A stretch of DNA of 64,000 nt from Octopus vulgaris (lineage: Eukaryota), in contig OX597817.1 of NCBI GenBank assembly GCA_951406725.2, positions 150,598,001 through 150,662,000 of the forward strand, written 5' to 3'. Below, piece by piece: positions 25,901 to 39,187 of this stretch; within the stretch, counting starts at the first letter, position 1, and every line of letters begins with the position of its first letter. Under the pieces are notes generated by a model. That model had not been told where the DNA came from. It was given only the letters and a program-made list of their open reading frames with translations, and did no database searches. A program made the translations under genes and the position numbers.

Positions 25901-26130
25901 TTGAGGTCTGCTAGGGTAGTATCAAAATCATGAAAATTTTCTTGTAAGGTGATTGCAGCTACTGAAGCTTCTCGATTTTCTTCAGGAAGGTCAACTACCC
26001 CAGGACGAAAAGCCATCTTGATTTTAACAAAAGCTTCATTACAATCAGCTAAAAGATATTTGGCTTTTCGAGAATAAATACGTACAACTCCCAAAAGCAA
26101 GTGGCCTGATGTTCTTAATGCCATTTTTAC
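25901..26130 (-). CDS. rad21: rad21 coding exon 2 ([44 protein letters not shown]...DL)
   Basis: Conserved N-terminal kleisin motif; tttcag| acceptor and |gtaagt donor; 230 nt, phase 0-2. Confidence 0.97.
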
Positions 26131-27066
26131 CTGAAATTAGAAGAAGAAAAAAAGAAAAGAACATGAATTTATTGCTAATACATGTACAACTAATGAAGAA
26201 ACTGCAGTATTTTGGTATGGTTAAATTTGGTCCCTATGAATTGAGAATCTATTTGATTGACAACACTTGCATCATTAATGAAGTATATGTTGCTCTGTGA
26301 AAACACTTCTTCAAACTAAGAACACCCTTTTCATAGCTGTTATGTCCATGGGTGACAAGGCGACCTATATAAATTTACTTGGCTTGCTAGAAATACCAGT
26401 TAAACCACATCCTAAAGAAAGAACACATCAGATCATGTAGTCTTCAATACCCTTTAAAACCACAGGATGGTAACAGTTGGAATGCTTTTGACTATCCTTG
26501 ACCAGTTTATTTGGGAGAGCAACCGCTAGGTATCATTCATATTGCTACAACTGCATGCTGGACAGCAGTATCAACATAATGGGTAAGTGAAGGTACAGTT
26601 GTTGGTTATCAAACAGACCACACAATAAATATTTGTCCAGATAACTATTCCCCGATGGAATAAAGACTGTCTTTAATCAGATCCAAGGTGCTCAGTTACA
26701 AGTGCTAACGATAATGATCCAATTAGAAATGCTCACAAAGTTTATAAGGAAAACACAGATGCAAGTATTGTTATGGTTTGCTAAATCAAAACAAGGCATG
26801 TTTTAACAACAATGTATTTATTATAAAATACCTATCATAAAGTATTTAAAAACAAAATACAGGGTTACTATTAAAACAATGATACTTATTACTAAATTCT
26901 TACACTACTAACACGACATTAAATTATATTAATCCATTTTTTATAATGTAAAAGAAAAAGACAATAATAATCATAAACAATCTTAATACATTATAAACAA
27001 TGATTAAATTATTAGTCAGTAATAAACAAAACATTGTAAAATATACAAAGAGAATAGGAAACTTAC

Positions 27067-27210
27067 CTTAGGTTTGAGAATAGCTTCAACACTGCTGTCA
27101 ATATTTGTTTCAAAAACATGTGCCTTTGTCAATTTCTTGTCCCAATGGGCCGCCAGCCAAATTTTGGCCAGCGGACCCTTTTTACTCAGTACAAAATGGG
27201 CGTAAAACAT
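27067..27210 (-). CDS. rad21: rad21 coding exon 1 ([48 protein letters not shown])
   Basis: Diagnostic Rad21/Rec8 N-terminus; ATG at 27210, acceptor tttcag| just upstream (exon begins 27229), donor gtaagt; 144 nt coding. Confidence 0.97.
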
Positions 27211-27610
27211 TGTTATTTTTCAGTAAAATCTGAAACAAATTGTAGAAAAATATTTGATCATTCATGTTACTATGTATTAAAAACAAAACAATTATTTCGT
27301 TGTCCGTTACCGGCACCACGAGCGCAATTAATGAGCGTGAAAGGGAAATAAGTTTTGACCAATAATATACGCTCTCTCAGTCATTCAATCTTGTATTTAA
27401 CCAGGTGCTAGGTATTGAATGACAAGTAATTCTAAACGCAATTGTCCTGAGTTACAATTTAAAATAAGGGAGGAAAAAAATCTGCATTTAATGGGGGCAG
27501 GGAACGCCGCTGATAGTTCGACATCTGAAATGGTTGTTCGAAAACAGATATTGGCACTAAAGGGTCAGTTAATGCCTAAGAAAACTTCGGCGGAGGTAAA
27601 GAATACGCAC

Positions 27611-27830
27611 ACCACCCGTTTTCGGCGCAACAAAAACCTTAACCCTAAACATCGGGTGTGCGTACTCTCTCGCCAAAACTAACAACATACAACATAACAA
27701 ACAAGTTAGATTGTCCCCCACACTACCCCTCAAAAATTTCACACATTTAATCTAAATCTTTTCTACATTAACGTTAGAGCGATCACACGAGAAACTCCTC
27801 CTCAGTACGTATTTACCGCGCCAAAATGAA
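27611..27830 (-). promoter_or_regulatory. Candidate proximal rad21 promoter / first exon
   Basis: Canonical E2F TTTGGCGCG (27817-27825, minus), CpG-rich patch, possible donor gtg|gtgcgt at 27611/27610. Confidence 0.4.
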
Positions 27831-28249
27831 CAGCACATTTGTATGTTTTAAGAGTAATGAGGGCACAGAATACATTTCAAAGTATTCTTCCCCGTTTCCT
27901 TTGAACTTAATTAAGATAATTCTTATAAGTTTTCATGCTTACAATTAAGAAATAGAACTAAAACATTTCTTAAACGGTTCTGTGCTAATTGCCCAGTATG
28001 ACCAGAGCACTTGAAAATGGTTACACTAATTGCTCGTTGAAGAGGTCATCCAGTATAATGCAATACTCTTGGAGCTCCAGGATCGGGAGTCTGGATTTAT
28101 ACTTTTCACATTATATGCTAGGAACATCCTCAGCCCCAAAGATCTGTGTATTTCTAATGCCCCAAACGCGATTTTGTAACGATGCAAGGGCGGTACACTC
28201 GTAACTGAGGGGTGGTATGCAAGATTAATGGCGACTGGCTCGCTGTGCT

Positions 28250-28389
28250 CAATTAAGCACGCTTAGTCTAAACTTGGAGCAGCCAATATTCTGGAGCCAA
28301 TGGGCTCCATGACGACAGACTGTATATACTTTCCACGGAAACGAAGGAAATGTCTTATTTGGGATTCAACAGTCATCGATGCTTTCGCT
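28250..28389 (+). mobile_element. Decayed non-LTR retrotransposon fragment with restriction-like endonuclease motif (CRE-like)
   Basis: Translates IKHA*SKLGAANILEPMG...FPRKRRKCLIWDSTVIDAFA, like the LEP.GL...RPDG...PW..G.CL.WD.T..D..A motif. Confidence 0.45.
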
Positions 28390-30466
28390 AGTTGGGGGAT
28401 TTCAGATTAACCCCACCTGACTGTACTGGCGTCCCTTTCAAGAGGGCATCTTAAACTACAGAGAAACCGAGATAGACTCCGGCTTAATAGACATGTAAAC
28501 TCGTGACAACTGACACACCGTCGGTTACGACGACGCTCCCAGTTGATCCAAGAAATAGAGCAGCCTACTTGTGAAATTAACGTGGCTGAGCACTCCAGAC
28601 ACACGTACTTAGACGTACGTGACATGGTCGGCCCTTTGAAATACAGGTACAACTCATTTTTGCCAGCTGAGTGGACTGGAGCAACATGACAACACGCTGC
28701 CAGGTATCGAACTCAACACCTTACGAACTTGAGCCGAATATCCCAACCACTTAGCTACGAGCCTTTACAAGCTCGCGACAAAATAATTTACTACTACTCT
28801 CTTAAAACATCGCATTTTATCCCTGCTGTAAAACTAATAGTCATAGTTGAGCCAGGTAGAGAAAAGTAAGTTTAATCTTATTACAACGGGTGATATGAAA
28901 TCCATTTCACCGGTCTCACGTGGTCAAATAGTGGGGTCGAGCGACGCGGTAACGAAATTCTGTAAATACCGTAATTTACTTGGTCACTATATATTTCAAC
29001 CAGCGGCATGTGATCCCTCAACTTTCAAGTTTATATCCGAAGTGAGCCTGAAGTTTTCACGATTGCTATTAACCATAGGCTTTCAACTGCAACAATGAAG
29101 GGCAGTTTCACAAGTATCCTTCCTTCTCTGTTCTGCTGCCATAGTATAATGCCAATTAACGGTTATCGATTCACTCAACTAGGAATCCTACGCTGCTTAG
29201 TGACATCACAAATTATACAGTAAATTGCATCACAATTATTTTTGGTGAAGAAAAGACCAATTCCAAGTTAGGTTCGATCGAAGAGGTCTATGATCAAGGC
29301 CAATCTATTTATGACCAACACGTAATTTTATTAAGCAAGAACATGCTTCAATATTTCCTCATTAAAACGGCATAATTTGGATGAGATATGATTGATAATT
29401 TCTTTAGGTCCAACGACCGCGTTTATGGTACTTCGGGGTGAGGTGAGGGGAGAGGAGAGAAACTTAGCAAGCAAAGCTTTTCGTATCTCATAACATTACA
29501 ATATTCCTTTTAAAATACTTTAAATAGCCATTTTGTTTACGAAAAATGTTTAAAAAGCGAAAACAAATTGAGATATACTGAAAACCAGAAAGTTATTTTA
29601 ATAACTTAAAACTGATTTCAATGTCTTAGATTTGTTACCAATCCAAGTGAGACTGCTACAAAGTCACGTAAAAGAAAACCCTCACGCATACAAGAGGTTC
29701 GATATGTTGGAGAGGGGAACAGTTCTAACATCCATACACTTCCCCAAACCATCTGTCACATAGGAGAAAGAAATCACAACTGGGTTTACAAGTTGGGTAC
29801 CAAATAAGCACCAGCCAACCATATTAGATCAATCGTTTTGACTGAATACTTTCCTCTTAATTCGAATGGCAAAGTTTATGGAAATGTGATAAAACCAATT
29901 ATGGAGACACAGAATCTATTTTCTTATTCCAATTTTATACACCTAACAGTTGTTATGGCAAATTTTTTATTATTCAAATTGAAATTTATTTAACGTGTTT
30001 TCTATATATCTAGAACAAAAATACTGAAACTTATTCCAGTTTACATAATTAAAAAAAAACTGCTCGATCTAAATATTGTAAGTATACTGGATACATACAT
30101 ACTAGGATGCAAAATTACTTGAAATCTGCATGTTTGTTTATTATGATACAGGAATATGTTAAAAAAATTGGAAACGAGTGACCTACACACCTATTTTATT
30201 GAAAATATAAACTTGCAAATAATAATACCTCCTAATACTATTTCAATGTCAGTTTCAAGATAAAAACTCTTAATTTTCGAAGTCAGCATGATAAAATTAA
30301 TTTTCAGTGACTGAAACTTTAAACATCATTTCATGACAATGCGATGACAAATAGTTTAGATGACTCAATTTATAAAGGGGGAACAGCGAAGAGGGAACTC
30401 TATCGGGATACAATTACCAATTATTGATCAAAAGAAATAACAAAGATCAAATTATTTTCATCTTAC

Positions 30467-30700
30467 CTTGAAAAATAAGGAAATCGATGCAGTTAATTGA
30501 ACATTTGTTTGAAAAATAGAAAAAAAAATATATGTACTTATAGGGAATTCAAGCTGCTTTTTTAAAAAGAGGGTTATAGAATATCATGTTGCCGCTAATG
30601 GGATCGAAAGTAGAAAGTTAAAGAGGGGGAGGGGGTAAAAAGGGAACCGTGAGGCTTTAATGTTGAGGAAAATTAAGCGGGAATCTATCTTGTAGGCTCG
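30467..30700 (-). promoter_or_regulatory. Candidate alternative non-coding first exon of rad21
   Basis: Minus-strand donor caag|gtaaga at 30467/30466; pyrimidine-rich leader; TTCCCGC E2F-like site at 30677-30683; adjacent CCAAT/CRE cluster. Confidence 0.45.
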
Positions 30701-30713
30701 CATACAAGCTGAC

Positions 30714-30796
30714 AGCCAATCAACGTCTGTTTGAGTGAGAGGAGCTAACCGCGTCATCATATAAAAAGGTAGCGGCATCGCAAGTGGCGACCAGTC
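30714..30796 (+). promoter_or_regulatory. Plus-strand core promoter: NF-Y box, CRE half-site, TATA, Inr-like
   Basis: AGCCAATCA 30714-30722, GCGTCA 30751-30756, TATAAAA 30760-30766, CCAGTC 30791-30796 about 30 nt downstream of TATA. Confidence 0.55.
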
Positions 30797-31868
30797 ATCG
30801 TGTGTAAGCCGTCATGCAAACATCAGACTGTCATTAATCAATAGAGCCAGTAAAAATGGTTGGTCTCTGTGAGAGTGATCTCCCATCAGTCGTATGACCC
30901 ATTTTTAACGAACAGACAGCTTAGCTTGAAAACTCAACAGGACAGACATTATTACGAATACTGGACGACGACGACGAGAAACTTAGTATTTTACACAAGA
31001 TATTTCTCTCTCTCCGTACACTATTACACAAGATATATTTGCCTTTCGAATTAGGAAAATTCACAAAATGCTTACGTGTAAAGAAAATTAGATATAAGGA
31101 TCTGAGAAATTAGAATATTCAGAAATAAAGAAAAAAAATAATTCCAATATGGAAGAAAGAGTTGCAGCAATCAATAGCAAAAGAAATCTAATTTCTATTT
31201 CGATTTCCTTATTTTAAATCAATTTAATTCACTGAAGATAAATAATAACAGCTGATTAAAAAAATCTTTGATCTATGTATAAAATAAATTTGAATTCAGA
31301 AGCTACTAGTGAGCGGTATCGAATTGATACGATTATGGATATATTTCCAAGTATTTGGTGGTAAGACTGATGAAAATTATACACAAACACGCTGGTTTCG
31401 GTTATGATTATTATTATATAATTGTTTGGGGGGAGAAAAATGCATTAAAAACCCAATATTTAATAGAGCAGAGTGTCTAAAATTACAATATTATGCCAAT
31501 CTGTAAGATGAAGATAAATTAGAGCATAATCACGCACATCTTTGCTGACATTGAATTTTACACGTATCTAATCATGAGAGAACATTCGACGTAAATATGG
31601 AATAAATTCGTCAAAGAACTATTTTTTCTCTCGTTTAATTAGGTTTATGATAGGCATATAAATACTTTATTGATGATAACACACCATTCCTACATCGAGA
31701 AGAAAGTTTTAAAAATTTTTACCTGGCTGAAGTTAATTTAAAATATTGAAAATGGCTAAGTTTCAAATACAGACAAGTAAAAACTGAATAAATCAAAATT
31801 ATTTTCAAAATTAAGCCAAAAGTGTATATGTGCGTGTGTGTTGAGACAGAGTGAACTAAAATATTTTT

Positions 31869-31933
31869 GTGTATGTATATATATATATGTGTGTGTGTGT
31901 ATATATATATATGTGTGTGTGTGTGTATATATA

Positions 31934-32010
<77 letters not shown>

Positions 32011-32100
32011 ATAACGTGTGAAGATAAATATGCTTGTGTGTATACATGAAGATTATATGTATAGATGCATATTATATATATATATATATATACACATATA
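31869..32100. repeat. Compound (TA)n/(TG)n microsatellite
   Basis: Directly visible; similar tracts near 16320, 32425, 34110, 34470, 35826, 36555, 39775, 48670, 53617, 55459 and 55925. Confidence 0.95.
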
Positions 32101-32430
32101 CCTTCCGCCAAAGGGAAATATTAAATATAGATGGAGAGATGAATAAATAAAATCAATAGCAGCAAAAATGTGGGGTTATTTAATAATAAAAAAAAGCCCA
32201 ATTTAATCAAAATAGCATAGGTAGAAATGTGTGCAACAATTTGTATTTATCGAAGGCAATTTACTTGGATATAATTGAAATAAACGAATTTCTCGTTATA
32301 GCCTGTGAAGAAGGGACGGAAATAAATATAAATGCATGTGCAGCTTTTAAAATAAATTGGGAAGGAAAGATAAGATGCGGTGGTGACAAGAAAGTACGCC
32401 TCAACCAGTAGACCAGCGAATACTATATAT

Positions 32431-32461
<31 letters not shown>

Positions 32462-32864
32462 AATATACATACACACAAATGCATGTGAGTGTGTATATAT
32501 ATATATAAATATATATACCTATATCACAGGGTATATACCTATCTATCTATATATATCATCCACGCATACCAACATATATATACACTGTTTAGAAAACAAA
32601 TTGTTACTATATTAAGCATTAAAAACAATAAATATACTATAAAAAATAAATCAGTCTATTTTCCTGCAACCTATCCAATTCAGAAGCTATGTTACTTCGC
32701 GTTAAAGTAAATAAACGTTCGGCCCAGAAAAAAAACCAACTCTTCTCTCTGTACTAGACATATGTTTATCAGTTAAGCTGGCCAACCAACCGATGGACTA
32801 GTTTACGAAGGACCCGCAAGTTTTCAGATAAAATATCAGCAATGTATAACTGGCGCTTACTTAC

Positions 32865-33030
32865 CCGATTGTCGATATGCAGTTAAATCTTCGTTATCTA
32901 ATTAACAACATTCAATCAACATGTATAGTAAAATCCGGCGGGTGATTGCTAAAAATCGTAGCAAAAAGCCACATAATTAATAACAGACAAATTTCATTTT
33001 CCAAGATGGCGTCCCTTTTGTTTCCCGCCC
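32865..33030 (-). promoter_or_regulatory. Candidate distal rad21 promoter and non-coding first exon
   Basis: E2F site TTTCCCGC (33021-33028), YY1-type CAAGATGGCG (33002-33011), local CpG enrichment, strong minus-strand donor cgg|gtaagt at 32865/32864. Confidence 0.6.
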
Positions 33031-35821
33031 AAACAAGCAGTTCGAATAAAGTCTAATTACCGTATATACCTCCGACCAAGAAAATAGTTCCGTCAGAGTG
33101 TTTTAATTACTTCGTTAAAGTCAATACTGACACGGCTTATTTAATCTCGTTAAATCTTAGCGAAATAAAATCCAGTAGAATTTATAAAGACGGGATGAAG
33201 TTGTTTAAATTTTGTGTAATGCATTTAAAAAATATATAAAAAAACCAAATTGAAATCCGAAAACACAGACATTCATAAGTGCGAATTAATCCTTTTAGAA
33301 AGAAGAAACGAGGAGTAGAACGAGATTTAGGTCAACGGATCCCTCTTCTTAAATCACTTTCTAAATTAACAACTGGCATCATTTTGAAACTATTGCTTTG
33401 TTATTAAAAATTAAAGTTGGGTGTTACGAAAAAAAATTCGATCAAGGCCAAATTGAATAAGTAGAAAACGATATTCTTGATAAAATTCCCGAAAATGGTT
33501 CCGCTGTGACTAAGACATTACTTTAGTAACGCAGAGCCTCGTTTTTGAAACGATTCTTTTTAAACAGGCCCTGCCCATGGAACGCCCTTTAGATTGAAGA
33601 ATAACTTCAAGGGATGGCTTATATAGTTGTTAATGAAACTAAGAGATGGTTATATGCAATTTATTTCGGAAGAATCAGTTTTATTAAACATTTTGATTAT
33701 CATATCTATATATATACTCAAACATGCAAGCATATATATGTGTGCATGTATGCGTATCCCATATCTGTAAATTTCTTAATTAGGGTAAATAACAGATATC
33801 CATATATAATTATTTGAGATTCTTCATTAACTTAATCAATAAAAATTAACGCGTTATTTATGTAAATAAATAATATGTAGTTTTACTTTAAACTGTTAAC
33901 ATTTTTTTAAAAATAAAAAATAATCAATGATGATACGAAGTCTTTTACGTCATCTAATCAAGTAAATCTAATCGTGAAAAGCTGTATAGCTTCGTATAAA
34001 CTAAATATTTTTTTAGAGAAAATATTTTTTCTTTTTTAATGCAACACATTTATGGAAACGTTCCGGACCACAGTTTTATTCCTTAAGCCTTCCTATATAT
34101 TTATTATATATATATATATATATATATAGTGTGCGAGTGTGTATAGAGAGAGAGAGGAGGGGGTGGCGACATTACGGCTAGACGAATACGTCATGCAATT
34201 CCATTCCCCTGTCTGTTGCTCTTAGTATTTCTGTCGTTCGCACGCTTCTGGTTAAATATGTATGTATGTGCATGTATGTGTGTATATATACATACATATA
34301 TATGTATCACATTTCTGTTTTCCGTACAGAGAGAGAGAGTAAAAAAAAAACTATGCTTTATGCAAATTATAATATAGATAACATGGAAATAAAAAGCTAA
34401 AAACCAATGATATCAGTGAACGTGTAATTTGTCGTGGTTAGGTTTCCTTTCCCCAGCATATTCACTATACATACATATGTATGTATGTATATATTTTTAT
34501 ATATATATAGAGGGGGAGAGAGAGAGATGTGCGTGTGTATGTATATGTGTTTTATATATATATATATATATTAAGGTATATGTGTATGTATATCTATGTA
34601 TGTGCGTATGTATATATATATATATAGATATGTGTGTGTGTCTATGTATGTAGAGCACAATTTAACTGATTGTTGTTCGTTCAGATAGAGCTGTGCAGAA
34701 TATGACCATCACTACCATCATTATAATAATGTTTCTTGTTGTCACTACTCCTCTCACTCATAATCCTCCCCTTTCTAATGCAAACCGGTAGAACAACTTG
34801 GCTTCCTCGCTCGCTGCTTCGCACGTCTGTGTGTGTATATATACATATATATACATATATATGTTTAAAGAGCCAACTATGTTATTTCGAAGGATTTTTC
34901 TATTTTCTGCGTCTTAGATGCAACTGGTAAATGAATTTATATGAAAACAAAATTCCAACTGAAAGGTAAAATTAAAAATATATATAATATAAACGCTTAA
35001 TTTCATGTAATTAAGGAGAAAAAGATAGTGCTCTCTTCTTAATTATATTTCTGTAAGGTGAGGGTGAGAAAAAAAGAACAAACAAACAAAAAAGCCTCAC
35101 GAAATTTAGATGTTCATCTTCAAACAAGTTGTTCACATTGCAGAACAATAAATCAGATGCAAGTCGTTTATATTTTTTATTTTTATTTAACCTAATGTAA
35201 ATTATCTTACTGATCATCAGATCTTAATTGTCTCGACATTTCACTCAACAAAACGTTCTATGTGCTTTTTCTTGAAAATCAATAACAATGGTGTTATGAA
35301 TAAAATAACACGAGACCTGTATATATAAAGAAGATATCACAGTGTGTTAGACAAGATGTAAAAACTATTTAAAGTTCATTGTATGGTTTCTTTTCTCTCA
35401 CGGCTTGTCTCAGCAACTTTGATGCTTCCATCTACTTCTTGACACACACATATATTAATAGTGAGTAGCACGCATTTTTCTAAGTTAATTCATTCTATTT
35501 GCCAGCAAAGACTACTGTTTTGTTTAAATATATACTTATTTACTTCCATCAAAAATAGTGGGATTCTACCATCTAATTATTCCTTTCGATCGAACCAGTT
35601 TATTCCTAATATTTTAATAAATAACCAAATTTTGGATTAATCTTTAAAAAGTTGACATAGATAATTGTCCAGAAGCCTTTATCTTTAAAGGACTTTAAAA
35701 AAAGTTAATGATTCCTCTGTGATGTTTAGTAGAACCAATGTGCATTTACATATGTATGTATATTTTAAATTGAATTTAATTAATAAACTAATTGATATTC
35801 TGAGAGATTATTCAGTTTAAT

Positions 35822-35858
<37 letters not shown>

Positions 35859-36554
35859 CTTGTTTTTCATGTGAAGTACAAAAACACTTGGAACATGAGA
35901 TTGAAGGATTGCTCAGTATTATTTACTAGAGTACCATGTTTATTAACATACAAAAGGTAGACAGTGACCTCGAAGGTTTCATTCACTAGTCATTAGTCAA
36001 TCACATGACTGCTAAGGCAAAACTTTGAAGTTGCTGTCCAATTTTCTCTTGTAAATTCTACATATATTTCTGAAATTATAAAATCCAAGGTTATATATAT
36101 ATGTATATATATCAATGAAAAAAAAGTTTTGTATTTTGACTTTAGTTATTTTCTTTTAAATTAAATTGTTAAAAATGACTTTAAATGATTTTATATGATT
36201 TGTATATATCCTCATGCATTTCGTGAAAATAAAATAAAATATTTTAAAGTAACTTTAAGGTAGACAATATAGTTTGTTTTTTTAAAATTGTTTTCTAATC
36301 GAGGAAACTTCTTACTGTAAAAAAAAAAGCAAACAAAAATAAATCCCCAGCATATCCGGTATTTACTATATAATATTGAATAATTCAATTCAATGATTTT
36401 TTTTTTAGTATTAAAATGTGACGCCCAAAATGATTAGATTTCACTTGCATGATTTTATCTTTATTATTCTGGCCTTGTGCCAAAATTTGAAACATTAGTG
36501 TTTATATTTTTCAGTATAGAATTTTCTTTTACAATGGTCAGTTTGGGATGGGTG

Positions 36555-36617
<63 letters not shown>

Positions 36618-36679
36618 GAAAAAGGTGTTCAGAATGCTGGATGGTTGTAAAAAAATATATTTATTTACATATCACATAT

Positions 36680-36738
36680 TATTTCTTCATATTAGCGCTT
36701 TCAATTACTCCTGTAGTTTCATCAGAAATAAATAAATA
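36680..36738 (-). ncRNA. Minimal type I hammerhead ribozyme motif
   Basis: TATTTATTTATTT-CTGATGA-AACTAC-AGGA-GTAATT-GAAA-GCGC-TA-ATATGAAGAAATA: intact core, helix II 5/6 bp, palindromic helix III (AGCGCT), helix I 11/13 bp. Confidence 0.55.
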
Positions 36739-39187
36739 TATATATAAACACTAGAACAGCTGATAAATGACAACTTAATGTTGAAAAGTCATTGAAAGAA
36801 ATAAAACAAGACAGCATCGGACTATCATGCTCTCAAATTATATATGTACAATATAACATAAACACATGCTCGCATCCTTTAAGATTAAACTATTCCTTTC
36901 CTTTCAGTTTACAATTAATGGTCTTGAGTGATTGAAGATTCAATCACTCGTTTAAAAAAAAATAATATATGGGCCGTTTCTCCTTGCCTATGGGTATGCA
37001 TGTGTAATGGCCTTCATCTCAGATATGTCCGCATTCAATTTATTTAACTTCTATTTCAAATTCTTAATTGCAAGATATAGCAGTCAGATTTCCCTCAAAT
37101 TACACCCTAGCGCCTTAAATTTAAATACAAAAGGAGGTACATTTGGGAACAACATATATCCCTGATATACCAACAACACAGGGAAGGAAGCCCTGGCGGG
37201 AACGCCTTTAATTGTAGGTCTGTTTGATTGGAGTTGAGTTGATCTGAGGCGAAACAACAGTTCTTTTGCTTAAAAAAAAAATCATTTCCAAATTTTGTAA
37301 TTAACTCTTTATATAAATCCATTCTACAAGAAGTGTTATTTATCAATGTTACAGGTTTAACATCTGTTAAATGACAATTAAAAGTCATTAAAAAAAATAG
37401 AACTTGCTAGAACTTCGGACTTGTCTGCACTCAAATCGCTTACAAGCTGACTTTTCGCCTTGATGCATGTATTTATTTTATTGCATAACTATTCTTGAAT
37501 TTTCATCGTTTGTGCATAAACGAGAACTTATTCAGTTAGACTTTGGTAAATTTATGCCAATCATTTATCATCACGGACTTACACAAAATCTTTCGGAAAA
37601 TTATGAGTAGTTTCTTCTTGACAAGATTGAATAGGCCAGATCTTAACTTAACTAACAAACACTCACTTTAAATGCTTCTAATATTTTTCTATTCCTCTAG
37701 TAATGCATTCCAGATAATGAATGAAGTTATAATAAAAGAGTTGTAATGACATATCTTTATTCAATGTGTTCTGTTTCAGACGGGAAAAGAAATATGACAA
37801 CCTATTAGATAATGTTTCTTGCAGCTTTGAAATTAAAGTTAAAGAGAATAAAAATAGCTTCCTCTATAAAATATATTTAGTGAATGGATAACATTACATG
37901 TAGTGTAACTGATCCCAGTTTCAATCTGCCTTATTAAATATGAGCCCCAACTGTAATTTAGGAAAGTTAGAAAGAATTATTTGAATATATCTACAAGTAA
38001 AAAGCAGCAGACATGGTTGTGTAGCTAAAAAGTTCACTTCCCGACCATGTTGTTTCATGTTCAGTCCCACTGCGTGGCACATTGAGCAAGTGTTTCTTAC
38101 TGGGGCCGACCAAACCCTTATAAGTGGATTTGGTAGACAAAACCTGGAAAAAGCTTGTGATATATGTTCGTATGTAAGCGTGAATGCATGTACATGTCTC
38201 TTCTTGTCATCACATGGTAGACTCATATATGTAGTATTGTTCATTTCCAGTATCCTGCATAAACATATCTAGCCATAGAGAAATCTCACCTTGCTTGGAA
38301 ACAGGTGAGGGTTGGTGACAGGGAGGGCATCTGACTAGAAAATCTGCCTGAGTAAAACTCCACCTGACTCATGCAAGCATGGAAATGTAGATGTTAAAAC
38401 GATGGTGATGATGTCTCTTATGTGAATCCCAAAGTATAACCTTTAGCAAATGTGAGCTTGCTAGTAGTAATGTTACACATCAGATCCACCAGATTCAAAA
38501 TAAAGTTAAAATATTTTGTTTTAATATAAAAGAAGGAAATGAATTTGTACAGGAAAGACTCTTGTGAGCAGTTCCAGACTGAGAGGAAACCATAGATAGG
38601 TTGGAAATCCTGCTTATAGGAGAATTTGCTGTTAGAAATTTTGTTTTTAAATGACCATGTTTTTCTTAATGTTTGACGCTGAATTAAAGACTTACCTATT
38701 TAATGCCTCGATAAAACTTTTTAGCATTCTTTTTTACTTTTATTTTATAAAATGCTGATATAGTTGCCCCTATAATGAGTTTTACTATGTGGCGAAATTT
38801 CTTACAGTAACACGGGAATTGTTGTATTTCAGGTAAGGAAGGAAGGATTTGAGACAATGTTTTGTTCAATGCTAAAAACAGTGAGGACAAGTAGATGCAG
38901 AAATGCAGGCACAGTGTGTATTGAACTGGTTTACTGCTAACTAGTTCACTGATAGTTGCAAATGGGTGTCATTCATTTCCAGTGTTATGTAAAGCCAATT
39001 TGACCTTGGGAAAATATTACCCTTGTTTAGAAACAGGTGAGGGTTGGTGAGAGGAAGGGCATCCAGCTGTAGAAAATCTGCCTCAGTAAACCTCATCTGA
39101 CCCTTGCAAGCATGGAAAAGTAGATGATGATGATGATCCCCACAATTTTGATACTTAATTACCTGTACATAAATGAACAGATGTGAT

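Noticed and set aside
30851-30915. Hairpin as miRNA, IRE or H/ACA snoRNA
   Set aside because: Too many bulges for a pre-miRNA, the loop is not CAGUGN, and there is no ANANNA hinge box; kept only as part of the promoter finding.
31719-32111. 130-aa ORF and other YI/IY/CV-rich ORFs (31867, 34429, 36548, 55861-56178)
   Set aside because: Translations of (TA)n/(TG)n microsatellites.
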